Position numbers and translations under genes: made by a program. A DNA stretch of 63,432 nucleotides, the filler included, from Reticulomyxa filosa (taxonomy: Eukaryota; Protista; Foraminifera), in the NCBI GenBank assembly GCA_000512085.1. It is 20 parts of 20 records of this genome, joined end to end, with 100 filler letters (N's around TTAATTAATTAA, not from the genome) between each part and the next. Parts side by side here need not be neighbours in the genome. Positions count along the whole stretch, not along the records: positions 40,695 to 53,531 come from ASPP01001419.1; positions 53,632 to 56,412 come from ASPP01001861.1; positions 56,513 to 60,399 come from ASPP01024436.1; positions 60,500 to 62,178 come from ASPP01028101.1; positions 62,279 to 63,432 come from ASPP01024569.1; 15 more parts are not named here. One strand, 5' to 3'. Shown here piece by piece: positions 50,524 through 63,432 of the stretch. Every line of letters begins with the position of its first letter. The first letter of the stretch is position 1. The notes beneath the pieces were generated by a model. The model searched no databases, was not told the DNA's origin, and saw only the letters and a program-made list of their open reading frames with translations.

Positions 50524-53500
50524 TTAATACAGAAATTCCAATTTATCAATCTGCTCCAGACTTTCCACTTGGTCAACACAATGGTACATTCGATTGACAA
50601 ATTGTTGATATTTGACAAAGAAACTGCAATCAAATCCATGGAGTGGTCGATAAAATAATCCGTGCAAAATGTTCGGATAACTGACTCCATCTCGAATAAT
50701 TTTGCAAAGTTCGTTTAAGTCCTCAAAGTACCCCTCTTTGATTAAATCTCTTTTTTTACGGCCATGTCGATGATGTCCACTGTCACGGGGATGCAGTTGC
50801 AATACATTATCGCCTTCGTTGTTGTTGTTACTACGACTAGAAGAAGACAGACTGCGTACCAATAAAGGTTCTGCCGTGGCAAAGTTTCGAAGTATTCCAA
50901 GATCATTGGCCGTCCAATCATTCATCGGTTCCATGGACGCATGTTGGACTGAAGCCAATGGTGGCAAAGGTGGAGAAGGTGATGTTATGACTTGCTTGGT
51001 TGTGTCTGAAGATTGACGGAGCAGAGGTCGGATCTATTTTTACAATAAACAGTCACAAACAAATAAATATATTGCGTTCCTTTCTCTTCAACATAAATAA
51101 ACATAAACTGAATCGAAGTCACAGGATGTGTCTTTTTCACTGTTGCGAACACCTAGCTCTGGCAGCGACTTGGAAAATGCAAGTGCTTCTTTTTCATGTT
51201 TCAGATGTGCGTCAATAAAAGGATTTTTGTCATGCGGCAACACGCCATTATCTTCAGGCACGTCTTTTACAGACAAGGGTGTGTGGGCCTTCTCCTCTTC
51301 CTTGTCTAACTCATCCTCGTCTTCCTCTTCTCCACCCGTACGATTTCCACTGTCATCAATTTCTTTTTTCGCAAATGGCAAATTTACGTCTATCGTTAGC
51401 CCTTCTCTGAATCTTGATAGTTTGCTGTCGCTCACAATATTGCCATCTTTATATTTAGATATTCATATTATGTATATGTATAACAGAAAATGACTTTTTT
51501 TAATAAAAAAAAAGAAAACTAGTGGACACTCCACTTTTTTGAGAATAATCGTGATGAGAGCTCTTTCCAATGTTTTCAATGTCAGAATTTTTGTGACGTG
51601 ACTGCACATCCAGCGAGCAAGTGCTTTGCGACTGTGATTGGTTACTGTTGTGAGTGTCTTTGGTCGAGGGATGTGAGTCTAGGGACAGTTCCGACAACTG
51701 ATACTTTAACGAACTGGAATGATGACGCTGTTGATAACGATGGTGATGATGCGATTGTTGGGTAGAATCATTACGCTTGGTGGAGAAAGATTTACTACCA
51801 GTACTTGTCGAATCGCGATGTTTGAATTTCGTTGAAGTGTCATTTTTACCTTCACTATTATCTTTGGCATCATCGTTGAGCTGTTGATTTGCATACACTA
51901 ATTCTTGTTGTTTTTGTTGTTGTTCACGTTCTCGTTCCCTTTCTCTCTCTCGTTCTCTTTCTCGTTCTCGTTCTCTTTCTTGTTCTTGTTCTCTTTCACG
52001 CTGCATTTGTTGCTGTTGCTGCCGTTTGAACATTTGGATCAATTGAATCCGCTCTTCGGTCAAAGTGGTAACAATTTCGCGATACAAATGGACGTGATGA
52101 AGCCATAATTGGCACGAGTAAGGGTCACGACGAAACTGCTTCGGACGTTTTTGATCGCCGAACAAGTATTGGCGAGCAATGAACAAGCAGCCAAACATTA
52201 AAATCACAAATTCATCTAAGCTGAAATGTAGCTCTGCTTTCCTCCAATCGATTTTCTTTTCGCTGTGGAAGCGATCGAACAAATACAACGTACCCAACCG
52301 TTCTTCCAAATTCATATGAATGCCAAATTTCCACCGCAAACACCACAGCACTTTAAGACGTAAGCGTAAATGATACACTTTGAGGAGGGAGGGGGCAAAA
52401 GTTATTTGTTTGTTTGTCTGTGTTACTTTTGATGTCAAATTATCACCAAAAAAAATAAATACGTATACATATATATAGAATGTACACTAGAATAGGAAAA
52501 AACTTAACGAAAAAATCGATCCCTAAGATAAATAGCAGTGAACAAGGAAGAGTTTCTTTTTTGACGATTGGTATCGATATGACCATGACTGTGACTATGG
52601 TGGAGACTGCGAGTCTCAGAGGATTGTGTGTCGTTATTATTAGTACGCATTCGAATGTTGTGGAGTTTTCTTCGACGTGTTTCTGCGATGGTATATTCAC
52701 TAACCAAGCCAGTGTAACAAATGGCATTGCAAAGGATGTGATTGTAATAATTTTTGCCATGTTTCAAAATGTTATGCAGACACTTCATAAGTTTTTTCAA
52801 TTCTTTGTCGTCTCTTTGGATAGTTGGATCCTCAAAAGGTTTGATATGAATCAATGATCCCTGACAGCGATCAACGAGTCCATAGACGGCAGGATCATCG
52901 TCAATCATAATGATATCCTCCGTGGCACAATTACAACGTGCTGCCATTTTTGCAATGGTTTTGAATCGACGAGTTTTGTAATCGTCCTCAAATTGTCGGC
53001 GATGCCAGTCTTGACGAGGCATCATGATCTCAAACAAATCCAAGGCCCCACATTTTCGCAAGATGGTCTGTGCATACTTTTCTGTGCCATGAGTGGACAT
53101 GATCAGCGTGACTTTGTACTGTTTTTTTACGACACGTCGTAAAAACTCGAGTAATTCGGATAAATACGGACGTTTGTACACGTGGTGAAATTCAGACGTT
53201 TCATCGTCGTAAAACATGAAATAGCCATTTTTGAACTGCTCCGATTGGGGTTGTTCGTTTGTCCGTAGTGAGATTGTACGTACCATTGTTTTGTCCAAGT
53301 CGAATGCAATGACCTTCAAAAAATAATTAGGTTCAAACCGTTGATTATTTTCCAAGTCAATAGTTATTTCGTCCGTGTCGATTTCGTTGAGTAATTCCAA
53401 TTCGTTTGTTAAATGTAAATCCGAAGTGTTTGTCGATATTATGCTTCGCAAGGAAGATGACGATAATGTGGATGTTGATACATTGCTACCTGTTGTTGTC

Positions 53501-53531
53501 ATTGTTGTTGCTGTTGTTGTTGCTGTTGTTG
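50524..53531 (-). CDS. FCP/SCP (NIF) HAD-family phosphatase with a long low-complexity C-terminal region (multi-exon)
   Basis: IAFDLDKTMV (DxDxT), VYKRPYLSELL, STHGTEKYA, IIMIDDDP, IHIKPF; downstream exons contain poly-Q and (RE)n. Confidence 0.8.
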
Positions 53532-56512
53532 NNNNNNNNNNNNNNNNNNNNNNNNNNNNNNNNNNNNNNNNNNNNTTAATTAATTAANNNNNNNNNNNNN
53601 NNNNNNNNNNNNNNNNNNNNNNNNNNNNNNNACACATGTACGTATGTCAATAAAATTATGAGACGTATATCAATTGTTATGTCTGAGTTAGTTATGCTTG
53701 CTGACCATTGTTTGTTGTCACAGCAGCTGCGGTCGTGGTTGTTGCGGCACTATCATCTACATGTGATGGCCATTATGTGCGCCAATATAGCACAATAAAT
53801 CAAATATTTTAAGTTTAATGCCATCATCTGCAACAGGACTATCAGTCATCTGAGGCAATAGTGTGCATGAATGTAATATTGCATTCACACTTGGCATTTG
53901 CCAACATGCCATCATGACTCTTGATAGCCCAGTTACGGCTTCTGGCAATATTGTCTGTTGTATATATATTTTTTTTATATGTGAAATTAAAAACAAACTA
54001 TTGCTGTCAAAGTTTTTTTCAATATATCTAAATCTATCTTATTTTTTTTTTTAGTTGAAAGATATAACGAAATTGACAAATACCTTCATTTTTTTTTTTA
54101 CAATGCACTTGATTGTGCTTGCACAAAGTTGGAGGTCCAATTTGTTCGATGTTATGTGAACAGTATCTATTCTCATTCCATCTTTTCTTGACACTTTTCC
54201 AATACTTATATGTTGTACATTGTGTTTTGCAAATTGTCTGCATTTGTCCAACTTGCCAATTGCCCGTCTCTTTAAATAAACTCCAGTATGCCAGTGTTTG
54301 ACACACTTCACTTTTTTTTTGACACTTGCGGCCTTGTAGAACGGAAAACCTTGGATTATCTTCAAGGCAGCGGGGATTTGAATTTTTCATGTTATGATTT
54401 CGGTTGGAACTCAATGAACTTTGTAATGTTGGTCAGGATGATACCACTTTTTAAAAGGTACGATTATATACATTTGCATGTGTGAGTTATGTATGTGTTT
54501 GTTTTGTCTCAAATTAGAGTTTACTGGTGTTTACAGAAATTAAAAAAACTAAAGAAATTGAAACTAATAAAATTAAAATAATAAAAAAAGAATACACTAC
54601 AAGTTTTTAAATAAAAGTTCAAAATTACTTTGAACTAATTTAGCCGGAAAATGCCTCGTTGGTTCAAACGAACTTCTTTATTTTCCAGCTTAAAGTCGAA
54701 ATGATATCTGAATTTGCCTGCCTTTGCACCAGTACCAGTGAGTTGTGTCGTGTCTCGTTCACGCCGAGCAAGATATCTAAAAAGTGATGTTTCACGAAAA
54801 TTACATGACCACCTCTTTGATTTCTTTCTGCGAATGTTGATGCACTTTCTTTTTCATTATCGGACCCGAGACTATACTTGCACTTGACTTGTAGATTCAT
54901 CCAATGTTCGAGCAAGTGTTTCAATGTTCGTGTTTTGTTCACAACGATGATCTGATCTTTTTTTTGTTAATCAAATCATTGATCGATCTTCACATTGTTT
55001 GATGGGACTATTTTTTTATAGAATTTGGGTCGGCTTGTTCATCAGGCAATACGGCAATATTTTTGTTCATATTTTCCGATGCTTGCATTCTATTTATTGT
55101 GATTGTAGATGGAAAACAACAACAAACACAAATTAATTTAAATTTGCTCACAAAAAAAAAAGACAACAATCTTTGAACATGTTTTGCACTAATCAATTTT
55201 GAAACAAATATTTTTTAAAAAGTGTTTGAATAAATTAAAAATAAAGACAAAACAGTTTATTGTCATTTTCAGCATATAATCAATAAAGTCTCATAGTCTT
55301 GATAAACGCATGTTCATATCTCATTGTGTAGATTCTCTTCATCGATCTTGTCTCTGTCAATGTGGATACACGCTTTGCTTTTCACGATATGTCCATATTT
55401 CTTTGTACCGATATGTTGTCACTTTCTCCTTTTCGTATGTTCCATTGCCGCTTGCTCTATTGCTTGAAATGGCACATGTGCTCTTAATACCATTGATCCA
55501 CGTTTTCGTTTTTGCTTTTTCATTTCTTTTTTTTTTCTTTTCCACTTCCCTTCTTAATATCCAAGTCTAAAGTTAATCATTTCACAATGAAAGAATCCAT
55601 GTTCACATTGTTTTAATAGAGACATATAAAAATATGCACACAAATAACATAAATCCACACCAACTTCAAATAGAGTTTCTAGTTCATTTCTTCTTTTCTT
55701 GTATTTTATATTTGTATAAAGGGCAGCATTTACATCATTGCAACTCCGGATAAATTTATTTCTTATTGTTATTTTAAATTGTATGTATGATATGGATTGA
55801 TTTGTAAATTTGCCACGAAACGATTTCTATTGAGATGTAATTGCGATGTGTATCAAGATAAAGCCAAATTGGATAACCACATGATTGCGCTGCATTCTGT
55901 TGATATAAATCAATTCACACTGTCTCCTTTACCTTCGGTGTGACAGGCGATGTAACTGTGACTTGTCCCCGAGATATCAATTAGCCGATTTGTTGATAGA
56001 GGGCCTGATCCCGATTCATTTGTTTGCCTGATGTTACCACATGAGGCTGTCTCAAAAATGTTTTATCCAACGATATACTTATCAGACGACGATGATGATA
56101 TGGATGAATTGGAAGCAGTGTTATGATAAGTTGGTTGGTCACGTTCAATTTCTGTCTTGCTGTTCAAATATACAGCCGCATTAATGATAGACAGCTATAA
56201 GGGGAGGGGAGGTGGTAGTAACGTTGAAAAAAGATGAAGACATCACTCAGGTAAAATGCTTATCCCATCATTCACTTGAACTGGTATATAAACACGCTTG
56301 GCCTTTTCGTACATGCGAACAATAACAGCGATCAACTCCATTGTATCAGTAGGACAAACTAGTCCATATGCGATTTTATGAGTTGTGTTGTCATTGCACA
56401 TGACCCACTATTNNNNNNNNNNNNNNNNNNNNNNNNNNNNNNNNNNNNNNNNNNNNTTAATTAATTAANNNNNNNNNNNNNNNNNNNNNNNNNNNNNNNN
56501 NNNNNNNNNNNN

Positions 56513-59500
56513 ATTATCCATTCTTTGCAACTCTTTGCATTTTTGAACAATGTCACGAATGTGAGTTCTTTCAATACCTCCATGGATATCCACTGCTTCC
56601 AAATGAACATCTACTGCACATGCAAGATATTTTATCAATGCCGTTTTGCCACACCCTCTATTTTATTTGTGTTTTTTATTTGGTTGCTTTGTCAAACAGT
56701 GTGTATTAAATCTTCAAACAAAAAAGTATATAACAACGTAACGTTTCTCCCATCAAAACGACCTATTAACAAAATAGACAGCCCAACCAATCAAACAATA
56801 CACATTTTTTAAAAATATGGCCTTTTTTGTTGTTGAAACTATTGTAATTAATCACATGCATACCGGAAGATCAGATCGAATTTTAATAAGAATAGTTAAC
56901 ATTTTTAAAATATTATCATATGTCAGCACATAGTGTTTAAAATCTTTATTACATTTTTTTCGAATATCCTCTCTTTTTTCTTTTGGAACATTAACAGCAC
57001 GAAATAACAAATCCATTCTTTTCACTTTTTCTTCTTCATTCCATGTGTTGTTACCTTCCTGTTCCCAAGCAATAATAATAAAATCAGTATTTTTTAAGGA
57101 TTCCACTCTTCTGTCATTCAACTGACTACTTCTTGCGGCCAACAAGGAAAGACTCCCTGTTTCCATATTTTCAAACATTAATCAAAACAATTTTAAAAAG
57201 TGATAAGAAAATCCATAAAAATTATGAGGAAAAAAATTAATAAAAAAGTACACAACACACCATCTTGATTGACCAGATACAACAAATCGTTCGATTGTTT
57301 CCATTTTTCACACAAATAAAATTGTGATTTATACATTGTTTTGGTCTCTTCTTCATTATACGAATAAAAACACAAATCTTTGGCAAATTCAATCGCACAC
57401 TTTGTCGCTTCGTGTCGAAATGGAATAAATTCGTTCAAAAGGAATCGTGAGTTGGCCAACACTTCAAATTGTGTGAACAAATAATTGAAGAACATTTTGG
57501 CATGCCACAGACTCAAAGTTATCAACTGAGGGAAATAATTACGCATAAATTGGTTGATTTCTGTGGAATTTAAATTGATTTTTTTTTCGACATTAATATT
57601 TGCGGGTGAACTACTCGTTTGTGAAATAAGGGCCCGGAAAACACTTGCCACAAAACCTGGTTGTCTATTGGTTTTTTATCCATTTATTTGTCTGTTAAAA
57701 GAAAATAGCATACTGCAACGGTTCGTCTATTTTGTTGTAAATTTTTCAAAACTTCAATCTTCCGTCAAAAAATTCTTCCATCCATTTGATGCTAAGTTGA
57801 CCTTTATCTCCAACATTGAATGAAGGGATCTTCGATTTCACCGGAAATCGCAGCTTGAAGAACAAAATGTAAAAAAAACTATGCAGCATGCCTTGAAATG
57901 TATCGACTTTGGAAGGGATTTCAATGAAAAAGGCCATGTTTGGATTCACGTGGAAGCTGCAATTCATAGTGTCAATGTGTTGTAAATATAACAATTGGAA
58001 AAAGAAATCATTGATATCTTTATTAACACAAGAGGATACATCGAGGTGATACACAATCCAATTGTCTTTCGAATATTTGAGATCGTTCACCCTTTCTTCC
58101 ACATCAACAATAGTTTCTTGAGATGCATTGTTTAATTGACATGGATGATATTTCCATAACGTCTTAACAATACCTTCCCAGTCAATATCACCACCATTGA
58201 AACGTATGCAAACACTTTGTACTTTTTTTATCTTTTTTTTTAAAACTCGAATATCCCGCTGGATTGCCCAACTCTTACCCATACCCACGTTTGTGGATTC
58301 ATACAGCTGTATTCGATAGACGGGATGGTCTGGTGTACTTGTAGGGAGTATGTTTAATTTTTGTGAGTACAAGGTTTCGCTAGTATCAAATTCACGACTA
58401 TTCTGTCCAAAGACGTTCCATTCAAACTCTCGTAAGCTGTAAGACAATGCATTATTGCGATTGGAAGATACCACTGCGAATAAATAAAAATGTGTTTGTT
58501 GGGATCTTGATGGCTCAAAAAAGTGTTTTTGAAAAAGACTTACTACTTTTTCTAATGTTCTTGTTTGTAATTTTTCTGGCCAAACTAAACAATACAATGG
58601 TGTCTTGACATTTATATCTCCCATTGCGCTCACATATAGTAATGCTCGCAATATTAAACATTCCACTTCCTCTTCTGTTGTCGTCTCCTTGCACAAAAGT
58701 ACATGTTCAGCTCGAGGTACCAATCCGATGGATTCATATAAACTCAACATCGAAAATAGTTTATTTTCTTGCTTGGCAATGACCAAGTTAGGTCTCCCAG
58801 CTTTTAATGATGATAATATGGAAAAGGAATTGGGTGCTTTTTCATTGTTTTTTGATTTCATCCAGACTTTGGAAAAGATACGTCCAAGTTCTTGTAATGA
58901 TCGCATACCTTCACTATTCTGATTTTTCCATTCACGTAATACTTGAGATGCATCCTGTAATTGATAATCTAATCTTTGCAAGAAAGGCACAATATACTTG
59001 GATGCTAATATATCCCAATACTGAATTTCATGCGCCACAATATAATCCAAATCTTTAACCAAATGTTGTATTTCATTCATTGTAAAATATGCCAAACATG
59101 GATACTCGTGTCGCAATTCAATACATGCCTTATTCCATTGATTTAATATTTTGACCCAGTTATCTTTTTTGCTCTCAAAGATTGAGGTGGAATCACTGGC
59201 TGCTAACATTAGTTTATCTCGGAATGAAATACCTCCTTTTTCCCAATAATCCATTCGAATGGCATAAATATCTTTGCAAATTTCAAATTGTGAAATAATC
59301 GTTTCAACATCTTCCTTTTCTTCACTTAAACCAAGTTTTAATAGATCTATGGAATGCTCTATCTCTTCACAAGTTAATTTGTTACTTCCAAACTGAAGTT
59401 TTAATCCCTCATATTTACCGCTTTCCAAACGTGAATACATAGAATAAGTGGTATCGTAATCAAAAATCCAGTTTCCATTTTTACTTGCTTGTACAAACTC

Positions 59501-60399
59501 ATTACATTTTTTAATAACCACCAATTCATCACTTGCTGTCATTATGCGAATGAGGGCATAGAAATCCACTTTCAAACATTGCTTCAATTGATCAAACATT
59601 TGATTTTCTTTTACAATTTCGAGTATTGTCTTGGCAAAGACGTATATCCCTTTGAAATTTGTATTCCATATCTTTTCTTGTAATATTTGATTGATATTAT
59701 GCAATGGTTCAACCAATTGACGAAATTTTTCAACTTTACATTTCTTCAATCGTTCCAAACCAAAATTGAACATTTCTTTGTTTGTAAACACTTCGTTTTG
59801 TGCAATTTCTCGAATATTTTGCCCATTGTTTTTGATCAATTCGACAAGGTGTACATACTTTTTAATATCTCCAAAGTATTCTACACAGCAATCGTAATTG
59901 CGGATTGCATCTTCAATTGGCATTTCAGCATTGTCTTCCAGTAATTGTTTACTCATATTTAGCTTTTCTTGCAATATTTTCCACTCCTTATCATCTATTA
60001 TTTTATCCTTTTTTTTGTGGTATTTCCGAATTGTCTCGGTACCTTGCTTAAATTTTTGCCAGATATTATGCAGTTCCAACAATTTATTTAATTGTGCTTC
60101 CCATTGTTCCAAATGCTGATTTATAATAAATAAAAAAAAAACAAAACATTTTCCAATTTTTTTTAATAAAATGAAAGTTACCTTTTCCTCTTTTTCCCAT
60201 TCTAAATTGGCATGTTCAAAAACTTCCATAAAGTCGATCAACACATTTGAATTGGAATTATTAATTATCCTGAGACTCTTGTTGTAGTACGAAACAACAA
60301 AATTGTATCCGGTTATACAATAGTCCCAAGTGAATAACTGTTGTGGAAAAAAATGTAATTCATCTGAAAAAAAATATGTGTTTTGCAAATAATCTTTGA
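56513..60399 (-). CDS. RNF213/mysterin-like protein, stalk to AAA3 Walker A region (multi-exon, both ends truncated)
   Basis: LRHEYPCLAYFT, GRPNLV, PRAEHVLLCKETTTEEEVECLILRA, STNVGMGKS, YHLDVS, FIEIP, YVLTYDNILKM and the spliced LPVVLMGETGCGKT..DIHGG. Confidence 0.88.
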
Positions 60400-61444
60400 N
60401 NNNNNNNNNNNNNNNNNNNNNNNNNNNNNNNNNNNNNNNNNNNTTAATTAATTAANNNNNNNNNNNNNNNNNNNNNNNNNNNNNNNNNNNNNNNNNNNNC
60501 AGCTCATCAAATTTTGAAAAAGTTGCAAAGTTGACTTTTATTCGATTTCATTGAAATTGTTGCAATTACCTTGCAAATGATCAATGAAAGCTTTCATCTT
60601 CAACGATATCCTTATCTCGATATGCTTCAGTCCTTCAAATTCAAGACAGACAAACAATCAAACATATTAAACATTGGGACTTGTAGTAATCATAGGCCAG
60701 TTTTGAATTCAATTCATTTGCAATTTTATCAAATCTATCAATCCTTTACATTTACAACAAGTTCTACATATACCTCTTTTACTTCTTGTCTACCATCATA
60801 GAGCAACGAATAGTCCAGAATATCTGACATTGTAAATTTACATACTTTTTTCTTGAATGGATTGAACAAGGTTTGAAACTGCGTAAGATGCCATCATTCA
60901 TGTTTTGCACAAACCAATGTTACTTTATCGATGTGTGTTTGATTCCAGTTCAAATACAAGTCGGAGAGGATTTGCATCAAATTAGAAAAAGTTTATTAAT
61001 GATGAAAAAAGTTCATTTGAGATTAAGTTAACGGAAACAAATCATGGATGTATTTACTATGGTCAAAAATTATAATTTAGACAAACGCAATATTTTATAT
61101 AAAATTGTCAAATGGAATCAATTAAGGCTAATATCAATCAAAATATTACAACTGAGAAAGAATAGCCATGGAAAGCTTAGAAAAGGACTTGCGTTGCATA
61201 TACTTACTTTGGATAAAGTAATTACCCCAAAAGAGACTAATGAAATAAAAACAAAATTCAAAAGAGATAAACAGCAACAGATCTTTAAAAAACATTGACT
61301 AAATCTTTTTTAATTTTTTTAAACAACAAAGTAAAGTAGAAAATATCTTGCATTCAATCAAAACAAGTTTAATATCAACTTACTTTTTTTTAATCAAACT
61401 TTTCAAGCAAAAACACTCATATTTCTTATTCAACAAAAAGAAAA

Positions 61445-62178
61445 TTATCCCCAAATACGAATGGGACCTTTGTATGAACCATAACACAAATTCAAATCAT
61501 GTGCGATATCCTTTGTCTCCTTTTTCTTTTTCAATACAATAAATTTAAGACAAATTATTCCATCTTCTTCTTTCTCATCTCCTTTAATCATATACAATTC
61601 ATTCTTATTTGATCGAATATCCCAAAAGCGAATTGTATTATCCAATGATCCAGAACATATCACATTCGAATTACCAATACTATCTTTTATTACAAATGAT
61701 GAATATTCAACACACGTCACAGTACATAAATGTCCATTGAACAATTGAATTTGTTGACCAGATCGAATGTCCCACAAACGGACACTTTTATCATGTGATC
61801 CAGATAATATTGTATTTAATAATTCATTTGATCCATATTTTGCACTCTTGATCGAATCTTCATGTCCTTTGAATACATTCAATTGTTTTGTTGTTTCAAT
61901 ATCCCATATTCGGATGGTATTATCATATGATCCAGAACAAATTGTATATCCATTTCCACCAATCACACCGATATGATTTATTTTATTATTATTATCATTG
62001 TTATTACTTTGTAATGGTGAAATATCGACACACCAAACACCTTCTTCATGTCCATTGAAAATATGTAATGATTTTGATGTTTCAATATCCCATAAACGAA
62101 TAGTACTGTCAATTGATCCAGAACACAAATATCTACCACCATTAAATGATGAAAATTCAATACCATAAACACCCAATG
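61445..62178 (-). CDS. WD40-repeat protein, C-terminal repeats (5' truncated)
   Basis: Repeated GH...CSGSxDxTIRxWD units; ends GPIRIWG*. Confidence 0.95.
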
Positions 62179-62824
62179 NNNNNNNNNNNNNNNNNNNNNN
62201 NNNNNNNNNNNNNNNNNNNNNNTTAATTAATTAANNNNNNNNNNNNNNNNNNNNNNNNNNNNNNNNNNNNNNNNNNNNACTTAAAAAATAAAAAAATTAA
62301 AAAAAAGAATAATAAAAAAAAACTTTTGTAACGCTTTTCTTGGCTGAAAATAGATAATATTTTTAGCATTTTTCTTTCTGATAGATTATGAGACATTAAC
62401 ATTTTTTTCCGATCATTTGTTCTTAAGATGATAACCTCAAAATCAATTCCTTCTCTAAGAAAAACTTACAAAAAGCAACGTGAACAACTCTTGACAGGCA
62501 TTTGATTGACTCGATTTTCTTGATTGTTTAAAATCGACGCACTTTCGTTTGGCTAGGATTTCTTTATTATGATTTTTTTATTTTTATTCTCTACACTCCA
62601 GAAATAATTTCCACTGCACAAATAATACTCTTTCATTTCAAAGAAAAATAAAATGTGTGAATGCAAGATTTTTGTCTTCTTTTGATATTTTCCAGATTTA
62701 CCAAACCAAAGAGATTGCGATGGTATTTAAAATATCGCTTCTGTTGAATATTGTTTGTTGCTACTTTGAACGACTTTTTGAAAAAAGTACACTTGAACTT
62801 AATTTATTTTCCTTGCAAAATGAA

Positions 62825-63262
62825 ATGTTGCGCTTGAATTATCTGCAAATCCTTCTCATTTCGTTTATTTCTGTGGCTCTCTGCACGGATATACAAGCCG
62901 TAGAAGTGGAATCTGATGGTAAAGTAGTGTCCACGAAAGTAGCAGAAGCAACAGAATCACAGACAGACAATAGCAATGAATTGCAATCGCTTTCAAAGCA
63001 AATGGATAAACTCCAAATAACAGTCACACAGCTACAATAGCAAATCGAAGAACTGAACGACTCACTATCGAGTTTTGTTTATGTCGGTCAATAATATGGT
63101 GCAGCGCATCAAATCGATGGCGGACAAACGACGAAGCTATTGTCGTCTACCTTTACACATACACAGCAATTTGCAATGCTTCATGTGTCCATTGTCAAAT
63201 TGCCAAGCAGAGATACTTTGCGCATTGAAAAACTTAACAGTTTATATTCCATCGTCACGTGA
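62825..63262 (+). pseudogene. Signal-peptide plus coiled-coil protein with two in-frame stops
   Basis: MLRLNYLQILLISFISVALC is signal-like. The frame continues past TAG 63038-63040 and TAA 63092-63094 to TGA 63260-63262. Confidence 0.5.
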
Positions 63263-63432
63263 TTATATACATTACATATATGTATATATAATGTACATAA
63301 TGCCAAAAGTATTTTTTAAAAATACAACATTTGAACAGAACATGATCGCATCAAAAAATTTGAATCGGTGCCTATTATTGTTACATTGACGCAAACTGGA
63401 ACACTTCAAGTTTCACTCAAAAGGAGTTGGGA

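Noticed and set aside
53632-56412. Cys/Lys-rich short ORFs as zinc-finger or transposon proteins
   Set aside because: No consistent motif spacing, terminal repeats or family signature
60500-61050. Possible TRAF-type zinc-finger remnant on the minus strand (CLIC; DHLQGNC)
   Set aside because: Only two short scraps, too weak to support a call
3517-62278. Recurring palindrome TTAATTAATTAA as a biological repeat or CRISPR-like element
   Set aside because: Always centred in exactly 44+44 Ns and gives stops in all six frames; it is an artificial linker
1-63432. Genome-wide stop-codon reassignment
   Set aside because: Conserved genes end at the expected positions with TAA (WD40, tubulin) or TAG (M13 peptidase), and long exons have no internal stops

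Overview
The window is not contiguous DNA. It consists of 20 short contigs joined by an artificial 100-nt spacer (44 N + TTAATTAATTAA + 44 N), so genes on different contigs cannot be assumed to be neighbours. Nineteen contigs are AT-rich, intron-containing eukaryotic DNA. The near-identical WD40 paralogs, many pseudogenes and tandem CAP-Gly proteins resemble, from memory, the foraminiferan Reticulomyxa filosa; this is inference, not a search result. One GC-rich contig (39483-40594) is bacterial and carries a photolyase and a ComEA-like gene end. Recognisable genes: a very divergent alpha-tubulin, an M13 peptidase, a Spg1/Tem1 GTPase, a CHAT protease, RMND5/GID2, two complementary halves of an RNF213/mysterin-like AAA+ E3 ligase, a tandem CAP-Gly protein, a repeat/CH-domain protein, MRPL3, CFIm25 and an FCP/SCP phosphatase. 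The most interesting signals are immune-like. One is a decayed NLR-like gene with a RelA/SpoT-type nucleotidyltransferase, a P-loop, pentapeptide repeats and WD40 repeats. Another is the RNF213-like protein, whose RZ finger lacks the catalytic Cys. The alpha-tubulin also stands out, with a remodelled T7 loop (E254D equivalent) and an M-loop insertion of about 39 aa. All family calls come from manual motif recognition, and exon boundaries are inferred by eye.
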